Both the position numbers and the translations under genes were made by a program. Below the pieces are notes generated by a model. That model saw only the letters and a program-made list of their open reading frames with translations, was not told where the DNA came from and ran no database searches. From Kiritimatiellia bacterium (GTDB lineage Bacteria; Verrucomicrobiota; Kiritimatiellia; RFP12; UBA1067), in contig JAFPUH010000004.1 of NCBI GenBank assembly GCA_017395505.1, forward strand, positions 7,910 to 71,909: a DNA stretch of 64,000 nt, written 5' to 3'. Positions 54,046-62,871 of the stretch are shown here, one piece after another (position 1 is the first letter of the stretch; each line of letters starts with the position of its first letter).

Positions 54046-55551
54046 ATGAACGCGATGCTTGCGACTGCTGCGGTAGAGGCTTCGTCCGGATGGTTGGCGA
54101 AGTTGTCCGCTCTGGTTGACCTGGTCGACAGCTACGTCTGGGGCCTGCCGCTCATATTGACGGTTCTCGTTACGGGAATCGTGGTGACCTCGTTCCTGAG
54201 GATGGAGCACCTCTTCCACCTCAAGCGCGCGTTCTACTACATGGTGCGCACTGAGAAGGGCGTAGAAGCGACCGGCGAGGTGTCTGCGTTCGGTGCCCTC
54301 TGCACTGCGCTTTCGGCCACGATCGGAACCGGCAGCATCGTCGGCGTCGCGACCGCCATCGGAATGGGCGGCCCCGGCGCCCTCTTCTGGATGATGGTTG
54401 CCGCATTCTTCGGAATGGGCACAAAGTACGCCGAGGGTCTGCTTGCGGTCAAGTACCGCACGGTTGACAGCGACGGCAAGGTCCTTGGTGGCCCATTCTA
54501 CTACATAGAGAAGGGGCTCGGCCCGAAGTGGAAGCCGCTGGCCGTGATGTTCGCCATCTTCGGCACCCTGGCCGCGCTCTTCGGAATCGGCACGATAACC
54601 CAGATACACGGCATCACCTCGGCGGTGCAGATCTTCTTCGACTCGGGGTTCGACCCCGGCGACATGTCGACCGGTCTGCACCTCTTTGGCTCGACCTATG
54701 CAGTGAGCACGGTCGTGGCTGGCGCCATCGTGACCATCGCAACGGCCATGGTGCTTATCGGCGGCCTCAAGCGCATCGCCACAGTATCTACGTTCGTCGT
54801 GCCTTTCATGGCCGTGACCTACCTGGTGATGTGCGTGTTCATCATACTCGGCAACATCTCGCACATCCTCTGGGCGCTCCAGACGATCGTCCGCTCCGCC
54901 TTCAACCCAGCCGCTGCCACAGGCGGTGCTGTCGGCTCCATATTTGTAGCCATGCAGATGGGCATAGCGCGAAGCATCTTCGCGACGGAAGCCGGCCTGG
55001 GCTCTGCTCCTATCGCCGCCGCCGCCGCCAGGACGAAGGAGCCTGCCCGCCAAGGTCTCGTCTGCATGATGGGAACCTTCTTCACGATCATCATCTGCCT
55101 CATGACCGGCCTTACGATCGTGCTCGCCGAGACATGGCGTCCCGAGCTCGGACTGGAGGGCGCCAAGATCACCATCGAGGCGTTCACCAGGGGGCTCGCG
55201 TTCCTGCCCAATTCGGACTTCACGGCGCGCCTCTTCATCATGGTCTCGCTCGGCTTCTTCGCCTTCACGACGATTCTCGGCTGGAACTACTACGCAGAGC
55301 GCTGCCTGGAGTATCTAGTGGGCAAGAAGAAGTCCGTCATCATGACGTACCGCTTCCTCTACATCGTTGTCGTCGCCATAGGCCCCTACCTCACGGTCTC
55401 CGTCGTGTGGGGCTTTGCTGACGTCTTCAACGGCCTCATGGCCTTCCCGAACCTCGTGGCTCTCATACTGCTCTCCCCGGTCGTCTGGCAGACGACTAAG
55501 GAGTTCCTGGCGAAGTGCCGCGAGCGCGAGAAGTGGATCGAGTACGAATAG
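54046..55551 (+). CDS. Alanine/glycine:cation symporter (AGCS) family transporter
   Basis: GEVSAFGALCTALSATIGTGSIVGVATAIGMGGPGALFWMMVAAFFGMGTKYAEGLLAVKYR is the hallmark AGCS N-terminal block. The protein is polytopic. Confidence 0.88.
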   Translation: MNAMLATAAVEASSGWLAKLSALVDLVDSYVWGLPLILTVLVTGIVVTSFLRMEHLFHLKRAFYYMVRTEKGVEATGEVSAFGALCTALSATIGTGSIVGVATAIGMGGPGALFWMMVAAFFGMGTKYAEGLLAVKYRTVDSDGKVLGGPFYYIEKGLGPKWKPLAVMFAIFGTLAALFGIGTITQIHGITSAVQIFFDSGFDPGDMSTGLHLFGSTYAVSTVVAGAIVTIATAMVLIGGLKRIATVSTFVVPFMAVTYLVMCVFIILGNISHILWALQTIVRSAFNPAAATGGAVGSIFVAMQMGIARSIFATEAGLGSAPIAAAAARTKEPARQGLVCMMGTFFTIIICLMTGLTIVLAETWRPELGLEGAKITIEAFTRGLAFLPNSDFTARLFIMVSLGFFAFTTILGWNYYAERCLEYLVGKKKSVIMTYRFLYIVVVAIGPYLTVSVVWGFADVFNGLMAFPNLVALILLSPVVWQTTKEFLAKCREREKWIEYE

Positions 55552-55589
55552 TCCTTTTCACCAACAAACCCCAAACAAGGAAAAAACAA

Positions 55590-56480
55590 ATGAAGAAACT
55601 CCAGGGACTCATCGCGGCGGCCCACACGCCGTTCAACCCCGACGGAAGCGTGAACATTGCGCTCGTCAAGAAGCAGGCCGAAACGCTCATCAAGCAGAAG
55701 GTCACGGGCGTCTACATCTCCGGAACGACGGGCGAAGGCATCTGCTGCTCGATCGCGGAGCGCGAGGCCGTCTTCGACGCCTGGGTGAAGGCTGCCAAGG
55801 GCAAGCTCTACCTCATCGCCCACATCGGCGCGCTTGCGCTGCCCGACGTGCAGGAACTCGGCGCCTACGCCGTCAAGTGCGGCATGGACGCGACCTCGAT
55901 CGTTCCGCCGAACTTCTTCAAGCCCGGCTCGATCGATGCTCTCGTCGCTTACCTCCAGGAGGCCCTCAAGACCTCGACGAAGCTCCCGTTCTACTACTAC
56001 CACACCGGCATGAGCGGCGTGAACTTCGACATGGAGAAGTTCCTCCTCGCGGCCGATGGAAAGATCAAGAACCTCGCCGGCATCAAGTTCAACTATCCCG
56101 ATCTCTACATGTACCAGCGCTGCATCAAGTGCCTGGGCGGCAAGTATGACATCACGTGGGGCATCGACGAGTGGTTCGCCGGCGCTGTCGCTCTCGGCGC
56201 GCAGTCCGCGATCGGTTCTACCTACAACTACTCGGCTGGCGTCTACTACAAGATCTGGGATGCGGTCAAGAAGGGCGACCTCGCGAAGGTCAAGGCCGGC
56301 ATGAAGAAGGTCTGCGACATCGTCGACATCCTCGTGCAGTACGGAGGCGTCGCCGGCGGCAAGGCGATGATGGCGGTGTGGGGCCTCGACATGGGCGGTG
56401 TGCGCCTGCCGAACGTCTCGCTCTCGAAGGAGGCGAAGGACGACTGCGTCAAGCGCCTCAAGAAGATCGGCTACAAGTAA
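55590..56480 (+). CDS. nanA: N-acetylneuraminate lyase (DHDPS/NanA family)
   Basis: GLIAAAHTPFNPDGSVN...VTGVYISGTTGEG, YYYH and AGIKFNYPD (the Schiff-base Lys region). It lies in a locus with a sialidase and an AGE epimerase. The track start at 55515 lies inside the upstream gene's tail, so ATG 55590 was chosen. Confidence 0.82.
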   Translation: MKKLQGLIAAAHTPFNPDGSVNIALVKKQAETLIKQKVTGVYISGTTGEGICCSIAEREAVFDAWVKAAKGKLYLIAHIGALALPDVQELGAYAVKCGMDATSIVPPNFFKPGSIDALVAYLQEALKTSTKLPFYYYHTGMSGVNFDMEKFLLAADGKIKNLAGIKFNYPDLYMYQRCIKCLGGKYDITWGIDEWFAGAVALGAQSAIGSTYNYSAGVYYKIWDAVKKGDLAKVKAGMKKVCDIVDILVQYGGVAGGKAMMAVWGLDMGGVRLPNVSLSKEAKDDCVKRLKKIGYK

Positions 56481-56503
56481 GTCGCCGACCTTTCGTAACT
56501 GAT

Positions 56504-56539
56504 GGCGCCCTCCTTCGGGAGGGCCGCCGTCGCTTTTTT
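56504..56539 (+). terminator. Rho-independent terminator after nanA
   Basis: GGCGCCCTCC-TTCG-GGAGGGC(C)GCC stem-loop (56504-56528), followed by GTCGC and TTTTTT (56534-56539). Confidence 0.7.
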
Positions 56540-56549
56540 GCGAACCTAG

Positions 56550-57224
56550 ATGATTCTTGCGGCGATATTGGCTGTGGCTATGCCGTTTCTGAACGAAGCG
56601 GAGCTCAAAGGCTATTACGATTCCACGAGCGTGTACGCCATATACAACACCAAGAACGCCGATGTGTACACCAAGACCCAGAACCCCCTGGCCGCGATGA
56701 TGGGGGTGTGCAAGCACTACGGAAGGCTCCCGTACGGCGTGACGAAGGGCGCCAAGGGCAAGCTTGAGACCGACAAGGAATGGATACGCGAACTCAACAG
56801 GTTTACGAAGCTCGCCGGGCTCAGGGACAACGATTTCGGAAACATAGCCAAGTGGAAGTCCAACCTTGGCAAGACGCTCAAACTCAAGGACAGCAGGAAG
56901 GACGTCGTCGAGGTCGAGAGCAACCTCACCTTCGCCGGCGAGGAGCGCCACCTCAAGGAATGGCTTGACGGCAAGATGCCCGTAATGTGGGTTCGCGAGG
57001 CCACCCGTGACGAGCAGGACGACACGAACAAGCGCATAAACGGCGGCAAGCCGTTCCCCCTGACAATCGCACTCATCGACGGCCTCAACGACGACGGTGA
57101 ACTGCATGTCGTCTGGCCTCGCGGACACGACCGCCGCTACAAGGACATAAAAAGCGGCTGGCACAAGCCTTCCGATCTCTTCTACGATGTTAACCGTTCC
57201 GTATTAATATACTGGAGACCATAA
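56550..57224 (+). CDS. Hypothetical protein (224 aa) embedded in the sialic-acid locus
   Basis: The ORF starts immediately after an in-frame TAG, 10 nt after the terminator T-tract, with no Shine-Dalgarno sequence. Its stop lies 2 nt before the AGE ATG, and the AGE Shine-Dalgarno (GGAGA, 57214-57218) lies inside this ORF. It has no motif I can assign. It contains single conserved-looking Cys (GVCKHYG) and His (ELHVVWPRGHD) positions. Confidence 0.6.
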   Translation: MILAAILAVAMPFLNEAELKGYYDSTSVYAIYNTKNADVYTKTQNPLAAMMGVCKHYGRLPYGVTKGAKGKLETDKEWIRELNRFTKLAGLRDNDFGNIAKWKSNLGKTLKLKDSRKDVVEVESNLTFAGEERHLKEWLDGKMPVMWVREATRDEQDDTNKRINGGKPFPLTIALIDGLNDDGELHVVWPRGHDRRYKDIKSGWHKPSDLFYDVNRSVLIYWRP

Positions 57225-57226
57225 AC

Positions 57227-58390
57227 ATGAAATACTGGCAAGACTGGCACAAGAAATACGCCACAGAACTGACCCGCAACATCATGCCCTTCTGGATGAA
57301 GCATGGCTACGACCGCAAGCACGGCGGCGTTTACACCTGCCTCAACCGCGATGGCTCCTTGATGGACTCCACGAAGAGCGTCTGGTTTCAGGGGCGCTTC
57401 GGCTGGATGACCGCATATGCCTACAACCACATCAAGAAGGACCCCGAGTGGCTCGAGGCCTCGAAGAGCTGCTGCGAGTTCCTCGAAAAGCACTGCTTCG
57501 ACAAGGATGGCCGCGCCTATTTCGAGGTGACCGAGGATGGCGTTGGCCTTCGCAAGCGTCGTTACGTATTCTCCGAGTGCTTCGCCGCCATCGCCTACGC
57601 CGAATACTCCCTCGCGAGCGGGGACAAGGCTTGGGCGAAGAAGTCGGTCGAGCTGTTCAAGCGCATCCGCAAGTTCGTCGCCAACCCGAAGAAGTGGATG
57701 CCATCGAAGTGCGAGCCTGTCGTGCAGGCCCAGGGGCACTCCCTTACGATGATTCTCATCAACGTCGCTAACGTCCTGAAGCAGATCTCCAACGACCCCG
57801 TTCTCGATCAGCAGATCACGGAGTCCATCGAGCTGCTGACGAAGTACTTCATCCATCCCGAGTTCAAGGCGCTCCTTGAGACCGTCGGCTCGAACGGCGA
57901 GTTCATCGACACTCTCGGCGGCCGTGTGATCAACCCCGGCCACTGCATAGAGACGAGCTGGTTCCTGATGGATGTCGCTGTCGAGCGCAACGACAAGGCG
58001 CTCCTCAAGACTGCCCTCAAGATTCTCGACTGGTCGTGGGACTGGGGCTGGGACAAGAAGTACGGCGGAATCATCAGCTTCAAGGACTGCCGCAACCTGC
58101 CGCCGCAGTGCTACGAGCAGGACATGAAGTTCTGGTGGCCGCAGTGCGAGACGATCATCGCGACCGCCTATGCCTACAAGCTCACCGGCGACAAGAAGTA
58201 CGAGAAGTGGCACAAGCTCGTCAGCGATTGGGCCTGGGCGCACCTCAAGGACAAGAAGTTCCCTGAATGGTACGGCTACCTGCATCGCGACGGAACCGTG
58301 GCCCAGCCCGCGAAGGGCAACATCTTCAAGGGTCCGTTCCACATTCCGCGCATGCTCGCGAAGACCTGGGAGCTTACGAAGGATATGTAA
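57227..58390 (+). CDS. N-acylglucosamine 2-epimerase (AGE / renin-binding-protein family)
   Basis: The alpha/alpha-barrel repeat pattern includes IMPFWMKHGYDRKHGGVYTCLNRDG, KSVWFQGRFGW, INPGHCIETSWFLM, WGWDKKYGGI, KFWWPQCE, EWYGYLHRDG and KGPFHIPR. Confidence 0.85.
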   Translation: MKYWQDWHKKYATELTRNIMPFWMKHGYDRKHGGVYTCLNRDGSLMDSTKSVWFQGRFGWMTAYAYNHIKKDPEWLEASKSCCEFLEKHCFDKDGRAYFEVTEDGVGLRKRRYVFSECFAAIAYAEYSLASGDKAWAKKSVELFKRIRKFVANPKKWMPSKCEPVVQAQGHSLTMILINVANVLKQISNDPVLDQQITESIELLTKYFIHPEFKALLETVGSNGEFIDTLGGRVINPGHCIETSWFLMDVAVERNDKALLKTALKILDWSWDWGWDKKYGGIISFKDCRNLPPQCYEQDMKFWWPQCETIIATAYAYKLTGDKKYEKWHKLVSDWAWAHLKDKKFPEWYGYLHRDGTVAQPAKGNIFKGPFHIPRMLAKTWELTKDM

Positions 58391-58393
58391 GCC

Positions 58394-59065
58394 GTGGGCA
58401 TCACAGACGCCCACTGTCATACGGCCAGCGGCGAATCGAGGAGCTTCCTCTGTTCGCCGTTCGCTTTGCCGCAGCCCTCTAACGCCGTTCTCTTCCACGG
58501 CACACACCCGTGGTATCTTGACGGATTCGATGCGGATCGGCTCAAGGCCGACCTTTCCGCCGATCCGTCCGCGGGTGTTGGCGAAATCGGCCTAGACCGC
58601 CTCAAGGATCGCACCATCTCCACGCGGATGCGCCAGATATTCGAGGCGCAGCTTGAGATCGCCGCCGAATTCGGGCGTCCCGTCGTCCTGCACGGCGCAA
58701 AGTGCTGGGGCGAGGTCGTAAAGGCGTGTCGTCCTTATACGGGCCGCATACCGGCGTTCCTCTTTCACGGCTTTTCGCGGTCCGATGGACTCATCCCCGA
58801 CATCGTCGCGTTGAACGGCTACATATCCGTTGGACCTTCCCTCTTGAACGGCCATGCGGTGAACTATAGGGCGCTGGCGAAGCGAATCCCTCTCGACCGG
58901 CTCCTGGTAGAGAGCGACAGGACGCCTGAGAACGAGACCTCGGCACCCTCGGTTGACGAAGTTGCGGCGCTGCTCGCCGGATTGCGTGCAATGACTCTCG
59001 ACGCCCTCGCCGCGACTCTGGAGGCAAACGCCGATAGGTTTTCCCCGGCATCGTCGCAAAGGTGA
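58394..59065 (+). CDS. TatD-family metal-dependent hydrolase
   Basis: ITDAHCH, VGEIGLD, PVVLHG, LFHGFS and LVESD form the TatD metal-ligand pattern. The start is GTG. Confidence 0.75.
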   Translation: MGITDAHCHTASGESRSFLCSPFALPQPSNAVLFHGTHPWYLDGFDADRLKADLSADPSAGVGEIGLDRLKDRTISTRMRQIFEAQLEIAAEFGRPVVLHGAKCWGEVVKACRPYTGRIPAFLFHGFSRSDGLIPDIVALNGYISVGPSLLNGHAVNYRALAKRIPLDRLLVESDRTPENETSAPSVDEVAALLAGLRAMTLDALAATLEANADRFSPASSQR

Positions 59066-60069
59066 GAATCTTCGCTATGGGCACGGCAGACAAGAGCGGG
59101 TTTGACTGGCAGATGCACTACTTCAGAGCGTTTGCCATACTGATGATAATGGCTACGCACTACTGCGGAGTATTTGGCTTTGATGGACCGGACCGCTTCT
59201 TCTTCAGGAGTTCGACAATCTTCTTCCTCTTCATCTCCGGCTACCTCTGCCAGCACATATTCAACAGGCGCCCTCAGACTCCGCAGGTCTACGGCATGAA
59301 GAAGCTGGCGAACGTGATCAGTCCTTTCCTTGTCTTCTCGATCGCGATTGGCTTGATGCGCGGCGACTCTCCGGCCTCAGCTGGATTCTGGAGGGATGTG
59401 CTGATGGGGCGCATGCAGTTGCAATACTGGTATATTCCGTTTGTATCGCTGCTTTTTCTCGTCTCGCCCGCTCTCTGCCGCCTTAAGGGCAGCGTTCTGA
59501 TGCCACTTGCGGCCGTTTCGCTCGTACTGCTGTCGACCTTTCCTGTTCGTCCGCAGCCGGTTTTTGCGTTGGCCTGGCCGCATGCATTCCACCTTTACGT
59601 CTATTTCACCTTCTTTTACCTGCTTGGGTTTGTATATTGCAGGCGAAAGGTCCAGATCTTCGAAGTTCTGAAACGAAACTCAGTCCTTTTGGCTATTCTC
59701 GCCGTGCTGGTGTCTGCGGTGATGCCGTTCGCCCCGGCGCTAGGCTTGGAGACTGCCGGTCTGGATGCGCTTCATGCCGTCCACAAGACGTTGCTCGGAG
59801 CGGTTGTGCTGGTCGTATTCGATCGCGTGAAGGACCGCAAGGTATGGATTCTGGACCAGTTGGCCAAATGCAGCTTCACGCTCTACTTCATACATCTTGG
59901 CATCTTCCTGCAGACGGTCAAGCTGCACGATTCCGCTGTTTCGCTGATCCGCATTCCTCTTGTTGCGGAATTCGTCGTGTTCTGCGCGTACGTGCTCGCC
60001 ATGTTGTTTGCTGCCACCCTCGCGAAAACCGTCCTCGGCAAGTGGTCGCGCCCCATAATCGCCGCCTAA
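59062..60069 (+). CDS. Acyltransferase family 3 membrane protein (putative O-acyltransferase)
   Basis: About 10 hydrophobic helices. The N-terminal ..YFRAFAILMIMATHY.. is typical of acyltransferase_3 (the His lies in the first helix). The start is uncertain: GTG 59062 (GTGA overlap) or ATG 59077. Confidence 0.65.
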   Translation: MRIFAMGTADKSGFDWQMHYFRAFAILMIMATHYCGVFGFDGPDRFFFRSSTIFFLFISGYLCQHIFNRRPQTPQVYGMKKLANVISPFLVFSIAIGLMRGDSPASAGFWRDVLMGRMQLQYWYIPFVSLLFLVSPALCRLKGSVLMPLAAVSLVLLSTFPVRPQPVFALAWPHAFHLYVYFTFFYLLGFVYCRRKVQIFEVLKRNSVLLAILAVLVSAVMPFAPALGLETAGLDALHAVHKTLLGAVVLVVFDRVKDRKVWILDQLAKCSFTLYFIHLGIFLQTVKLHDSAVSLIRIPLVAEFVVFCAYVLAMLFAATLAKTVLGKWSRPIIAA

Positions 60070-60093
60070 TGCTTGCGTTGGCGGATGTCGAAA

Positions 60094-60102
60094 TGGTATA
60101 AT
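60094..60102 (+). promoter_or_regulatory. Extended -10 candidate, TGGTATAAT, upstream of rfbC-rfbA
   Basis: TGgTATAAT at 60094-60102. The -35 element is poor. It lies only about 8 nt before ATG 60110. Confidence 0.35.
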
Positions 60103-60109
60103 ACCCTCA

Positions 60110-60661
60110 ATGAAAGTTCTTGATACAGAGATTGCGGGTGTGAAGATTATCGAGCCGGACGTGTTCAAGGATGCGCGCGGCTACTTCTGCGAAACGTACA
60201 ATGCCGGCCGCTACAAGGCCGCCGGAATCGACGCAGACTTTGTGCAGGACAACGAAAGCTTCTCATCGAAGGGCGTCGTTCGCGGCCTCCACTGGCAGGC
60301 CGGCGAGCATTGTCAGGCGAAGCTTGTCCGCGTGATAAGCGGCTCCGTGTGGGATGTCGCAGTTGACATACGAAAGGGTTCGCCAACTTTCGGCAGACAT
60401 ATCGCCACCGTGCTGAGCGCGGAAAACAAGCGCCAGTTCTTCATTCCGCGTGGTTTTGCGCACGGCTTTGTTGTGCTGGAGGACAATACGCTTTTCTCGT
60501 ACAAGTGTGACAACCTCTATTGCAAAGAGAGCGAGCGCGGCCTGATGTTCAACGACCCGGCGCTCGGTATAGAGTGGCCGGAGCTTGACGTCGAGATAAT
60601 GCTTTCTGAGAAGGATCAGGCGCATCCCGCGCTGAAGGACATTGAGCCCTACGAGGCGTGA
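60110..60661 (+). CDS. rfbC: dTDP-4-dehydrorhamnose 3,5-epimerase
   Basis: [53 protein letters not shown] and YCKESERGL. Confidence 0.93.
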   Translation: MKVLDTEIAGVKIIEPDVFKDARGYFCETYNAGRYKAAGIDADFVQDNESFSSKGVVRGLHWQAGEHCQAKLVRVISGSVWDVAVDIRKGSPTFGRHIATVLSAENKRQFFIPRGFAHGFVVLEDNTLFSYKCDNLYCKESERGLMFNDPALGIEWPELDVEIMLSEKDQAHPALKDIEPYEA

Positions 60662-60671
60662 AAGGAGAGCA

Positions 60672-61550
60672 ATGAGAAAAGGCATCATTCTGGCAGGCGG
60701 CGCAGGCACGCGCCTTCACCCCCTTACTCGCGTCGTCTCTAAGCAGCTTCTGCCAGTCTACGACAAGCCGATGATCTTCTATCCGCTATCCACGCTGATG
60801 CTCGCCGGCATTCGCGAGGTGCTGATAATATCAACTCCGTCAGACCTGCCGAACTTCGAGCGCCTTCTGGGCGATGGCTCCCAGCTCGGCATGAAGTTCA
60901 GCTACAAGGTTCAGGAAGTGCCTAACGGACTCGCCCAGGCGTTCGTGCTCGGTCGTGAGTTCCTCGGCGGAGACGATGCATGTCTTGTGCTGGGCGACAA
61001 CATCTTCTATGGCGCCAACCTGCCGCAGCTTCTCAGGGTCGCTTCCGAGCGCAAGGAGCCGACGGTGTTCGGGTACAGGGTGGCGGATCCCGAACGCTAC
61101 GGCGTTGTCGAGTTCGACAAGTCCGGCAAGGCGGTGTCGCTTGAGGAGAAGCCTGCACTGCCCAAGTCCAACTACGCAGTCGTCGGGCTGTACTTCTATC
61201 CTAGCGATGTCGTCGAGAAGGCTGCGGTCCTGAAGCCGTCGGCGCGCGGAGAGTATGAGATAACGGATCTCAACCGCCAGTATCTGGAGGAGGGGCGTCT
61301 GAACGTAGAGACGATGGGCCGCGGCTTCGCATGGCTCGACACCGGCACCCACCAATCGCTTGCGGACGCCACAAACTTCGTCCGCGCGCTCATTGAGCGC
61401 CAGGGGCTGCAGATATCCTGCGTGGAGGAGATTGCCTGGTGCCGCGGATGGATCGACGACGCCCAAATAAAAAGACTTGCCGATGAATACGGCAAGTCCA
61501 GTTACGGCGCTTATCTGCGCAACATCACTTCGGCCAGAACTTGTCGCTGA
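60672..61550 (+). CDS. rfbA: Glucose-1-phosphate thymidylyltransferase
   Basis: [51 protein letters not shown], and ..[22 protein letters not shown] lies upstream of ATG 60672. Confidence 0.94.
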   Translation: MRKGIILAGGAGTRLHPLTRVVSKQLLPVYDKPMIFYPLSTLMLAGIREVLIISTPSDLPNFERLLGDGSQLGMKFSYKVQEVPNGLAQAFVLGREFLGGDDACLVLGDNIFYGANLPQLLRVASERKEPTVFGYRVADPERYGVVEFDKSGKAVSLEEKPALPKSNYAVVGLYFYPSDVVEKAAVLKPSARGEYEITDLNRQYLEEGRLNVETMGRGFAWLDTGTHQSLADATNFVRALIERQGLQISCVEEIAWCRGWIDDAQIKRLADEYGKSSYGAYLRNITSARTCR

Positions 61551-62871
61551 GCTTTGACGGGATGCCGACCTCGGTGCGGTCGAAGCATTCCGCCAAGATC
61601 TTCCAGCCAAGGTCGAGCGCGTCGATGAGGTCGATGTTGACCGAGAGGTCCATCATCTTCTCCTCGAACATCGCTCCGTACTTCAGTAGCTTCTGGTCCC
61701 ACGTGGACATCTTGAAGCCCATGGACTGCTTTTCAATGGTCTCCTTGTACTGCGCGTACAGCTTGATCATTGCGTCCATGATGGTACGATGGTCTTCACG
61801 CGTCTTGTTTATGTTGACCTTCTTGCCGTCGATCTCCACAAACTTGTCCACACCCTTGTTGACCTGCTGCTTCAGACGCGAGAGTGAACCGAACGGCTCG
61901 ATGCGCCCGTTGCGAAGGTAGAACTGGCCCTCGGTAATGTAGCCCGTGTTGTCCGGCACAGGGTGCGTCACATCGTCGCCAGGCATGGTCGTGACGGCGA
62001 GGATGGTGATCGAGCCTGCGCCGTCGAAGTCAACAGCCTTCTCGTATCGCGCGGCGAGCTGCGAATATAGATCGCCCGGGTAGCCTCGGTTGGAGGGGAT
62101 CTGCTCCATCGTGATCGCGATCTCCTTCATTGCGTCGGCGAATGAGGTCATATCAGTCAGGAGCACGAGAACGTCCTTGCCCTGGAGCGCGAACTTTTCG
62201 GCGACCGCGAGCGAGACGTCTGGTACGAGCACGCACTCAACCGTCGGGTCTGCGGCGGTGTGGACGAACATCACGGTCTTCGCGAGCGCGCCCGACTTGT
62301 CGAGCGTGTTGCGGAACTTAAGGTACTCGTCGTACTTGAGGCCCATGCCGCCGATCACGATGACGTCAGAGTCGGCCTGGAGCGCGATTCGCGCCAGCAG
62401 CTCGTTGTATGGCTCGCCGGCCTTTGCGAATATCGGGAGCTTCTGCGAGATGACGAGCGAGTTGAAGAGGTCGATCATCGGGATGTTCGTCTTCACCATG
62501 CGGTTCGGCATGATACGCTTCGCCGGGTTGACGGAGGGCTGCCCAATCGGCGAGGGATTCTCGGTGATCGCAGGGCCACCGTCTCTCGGAAGCCCCGAGC
62601 CGGTGAATGCACGGCCGAGAAGCGCTTCGGAGAAGGGAACCTTCATCGTCTCGCCGAGGAAGCGGACCTTCGCGGCAGTGTCGACGCCGCGTGCACCCGC
62701 GAAGATCTGAAGCGTCACGTTCGGGCCATCGAGCTTGATGACCTGCGCGAGCGACGTGCCCGCACGGCTCTCGATCTCGGCAATCTCGTTGTACTTCACG
62801 CCCTCGGCGCGAAGTGTCGCGACCGAACCGGAGAGCGCGTCGATCTTGTGGTAAACCTTGTTATTGAACAT
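61525..62871 (-). CDS. atpB: V/A-type ATP synthase subunit B
   Basis: [10 protein letters not shown].., ..GQKLPIF.., and [28 protein letters not shown] (complement of 62869-62871) was chosen. The track start at 62997 runs into the A subunit gene. Confidence 0.9.
   Translation of the reverse strand: MFNNKVYHKIDALSGSVATLRAEGVKYNEIAEIESRAGTSLAQVIKLDGPNVTLQIFAGARGVDTAAKVRFLGETMKVPFSEALLGRAFTGSGLPRDGGPAITENPSPIGQPSVNPAKRIMPNRMVKTNIPMIDLFNSLVISQKLPIFAKAGEPYNELLARIALQADSDVIVIGGMGLKYDEYLKFRNTLDKSGALAKTVMFVHTAADPTVECVLVPDVSLAVAEKFALQGKDVLVLLTDMTSFADAMKEIAITMEQIPSNRGYPGDLYSQLAARYEKAVDFDGAGSITILAVTTMPGDDVTHPVPDNTGYITEGQFYLRNGRIEPFGSLSRLKQQVNKGVDKFVEIDGKKVNINKTREDHRTIMDAMIKLYAQYKETIEKQSMGFKMSTWDQKLLKYGAMFEEKMMDLSVNIDLIDALDLGWKILAECFDRTEVGIPSKLSDKFWPK

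Noticed and set aside
54046-55551. AGCS symporter as a dedicated sialic-acid or ManNAc transporter
   Set aside because: The sequence carries the generic alanine/glycine:cation symporter signature, and nothing in it indicates an altered substrate. The location alone is insufficient evidence, so it is mentioned only as an oddity within the nan locus.
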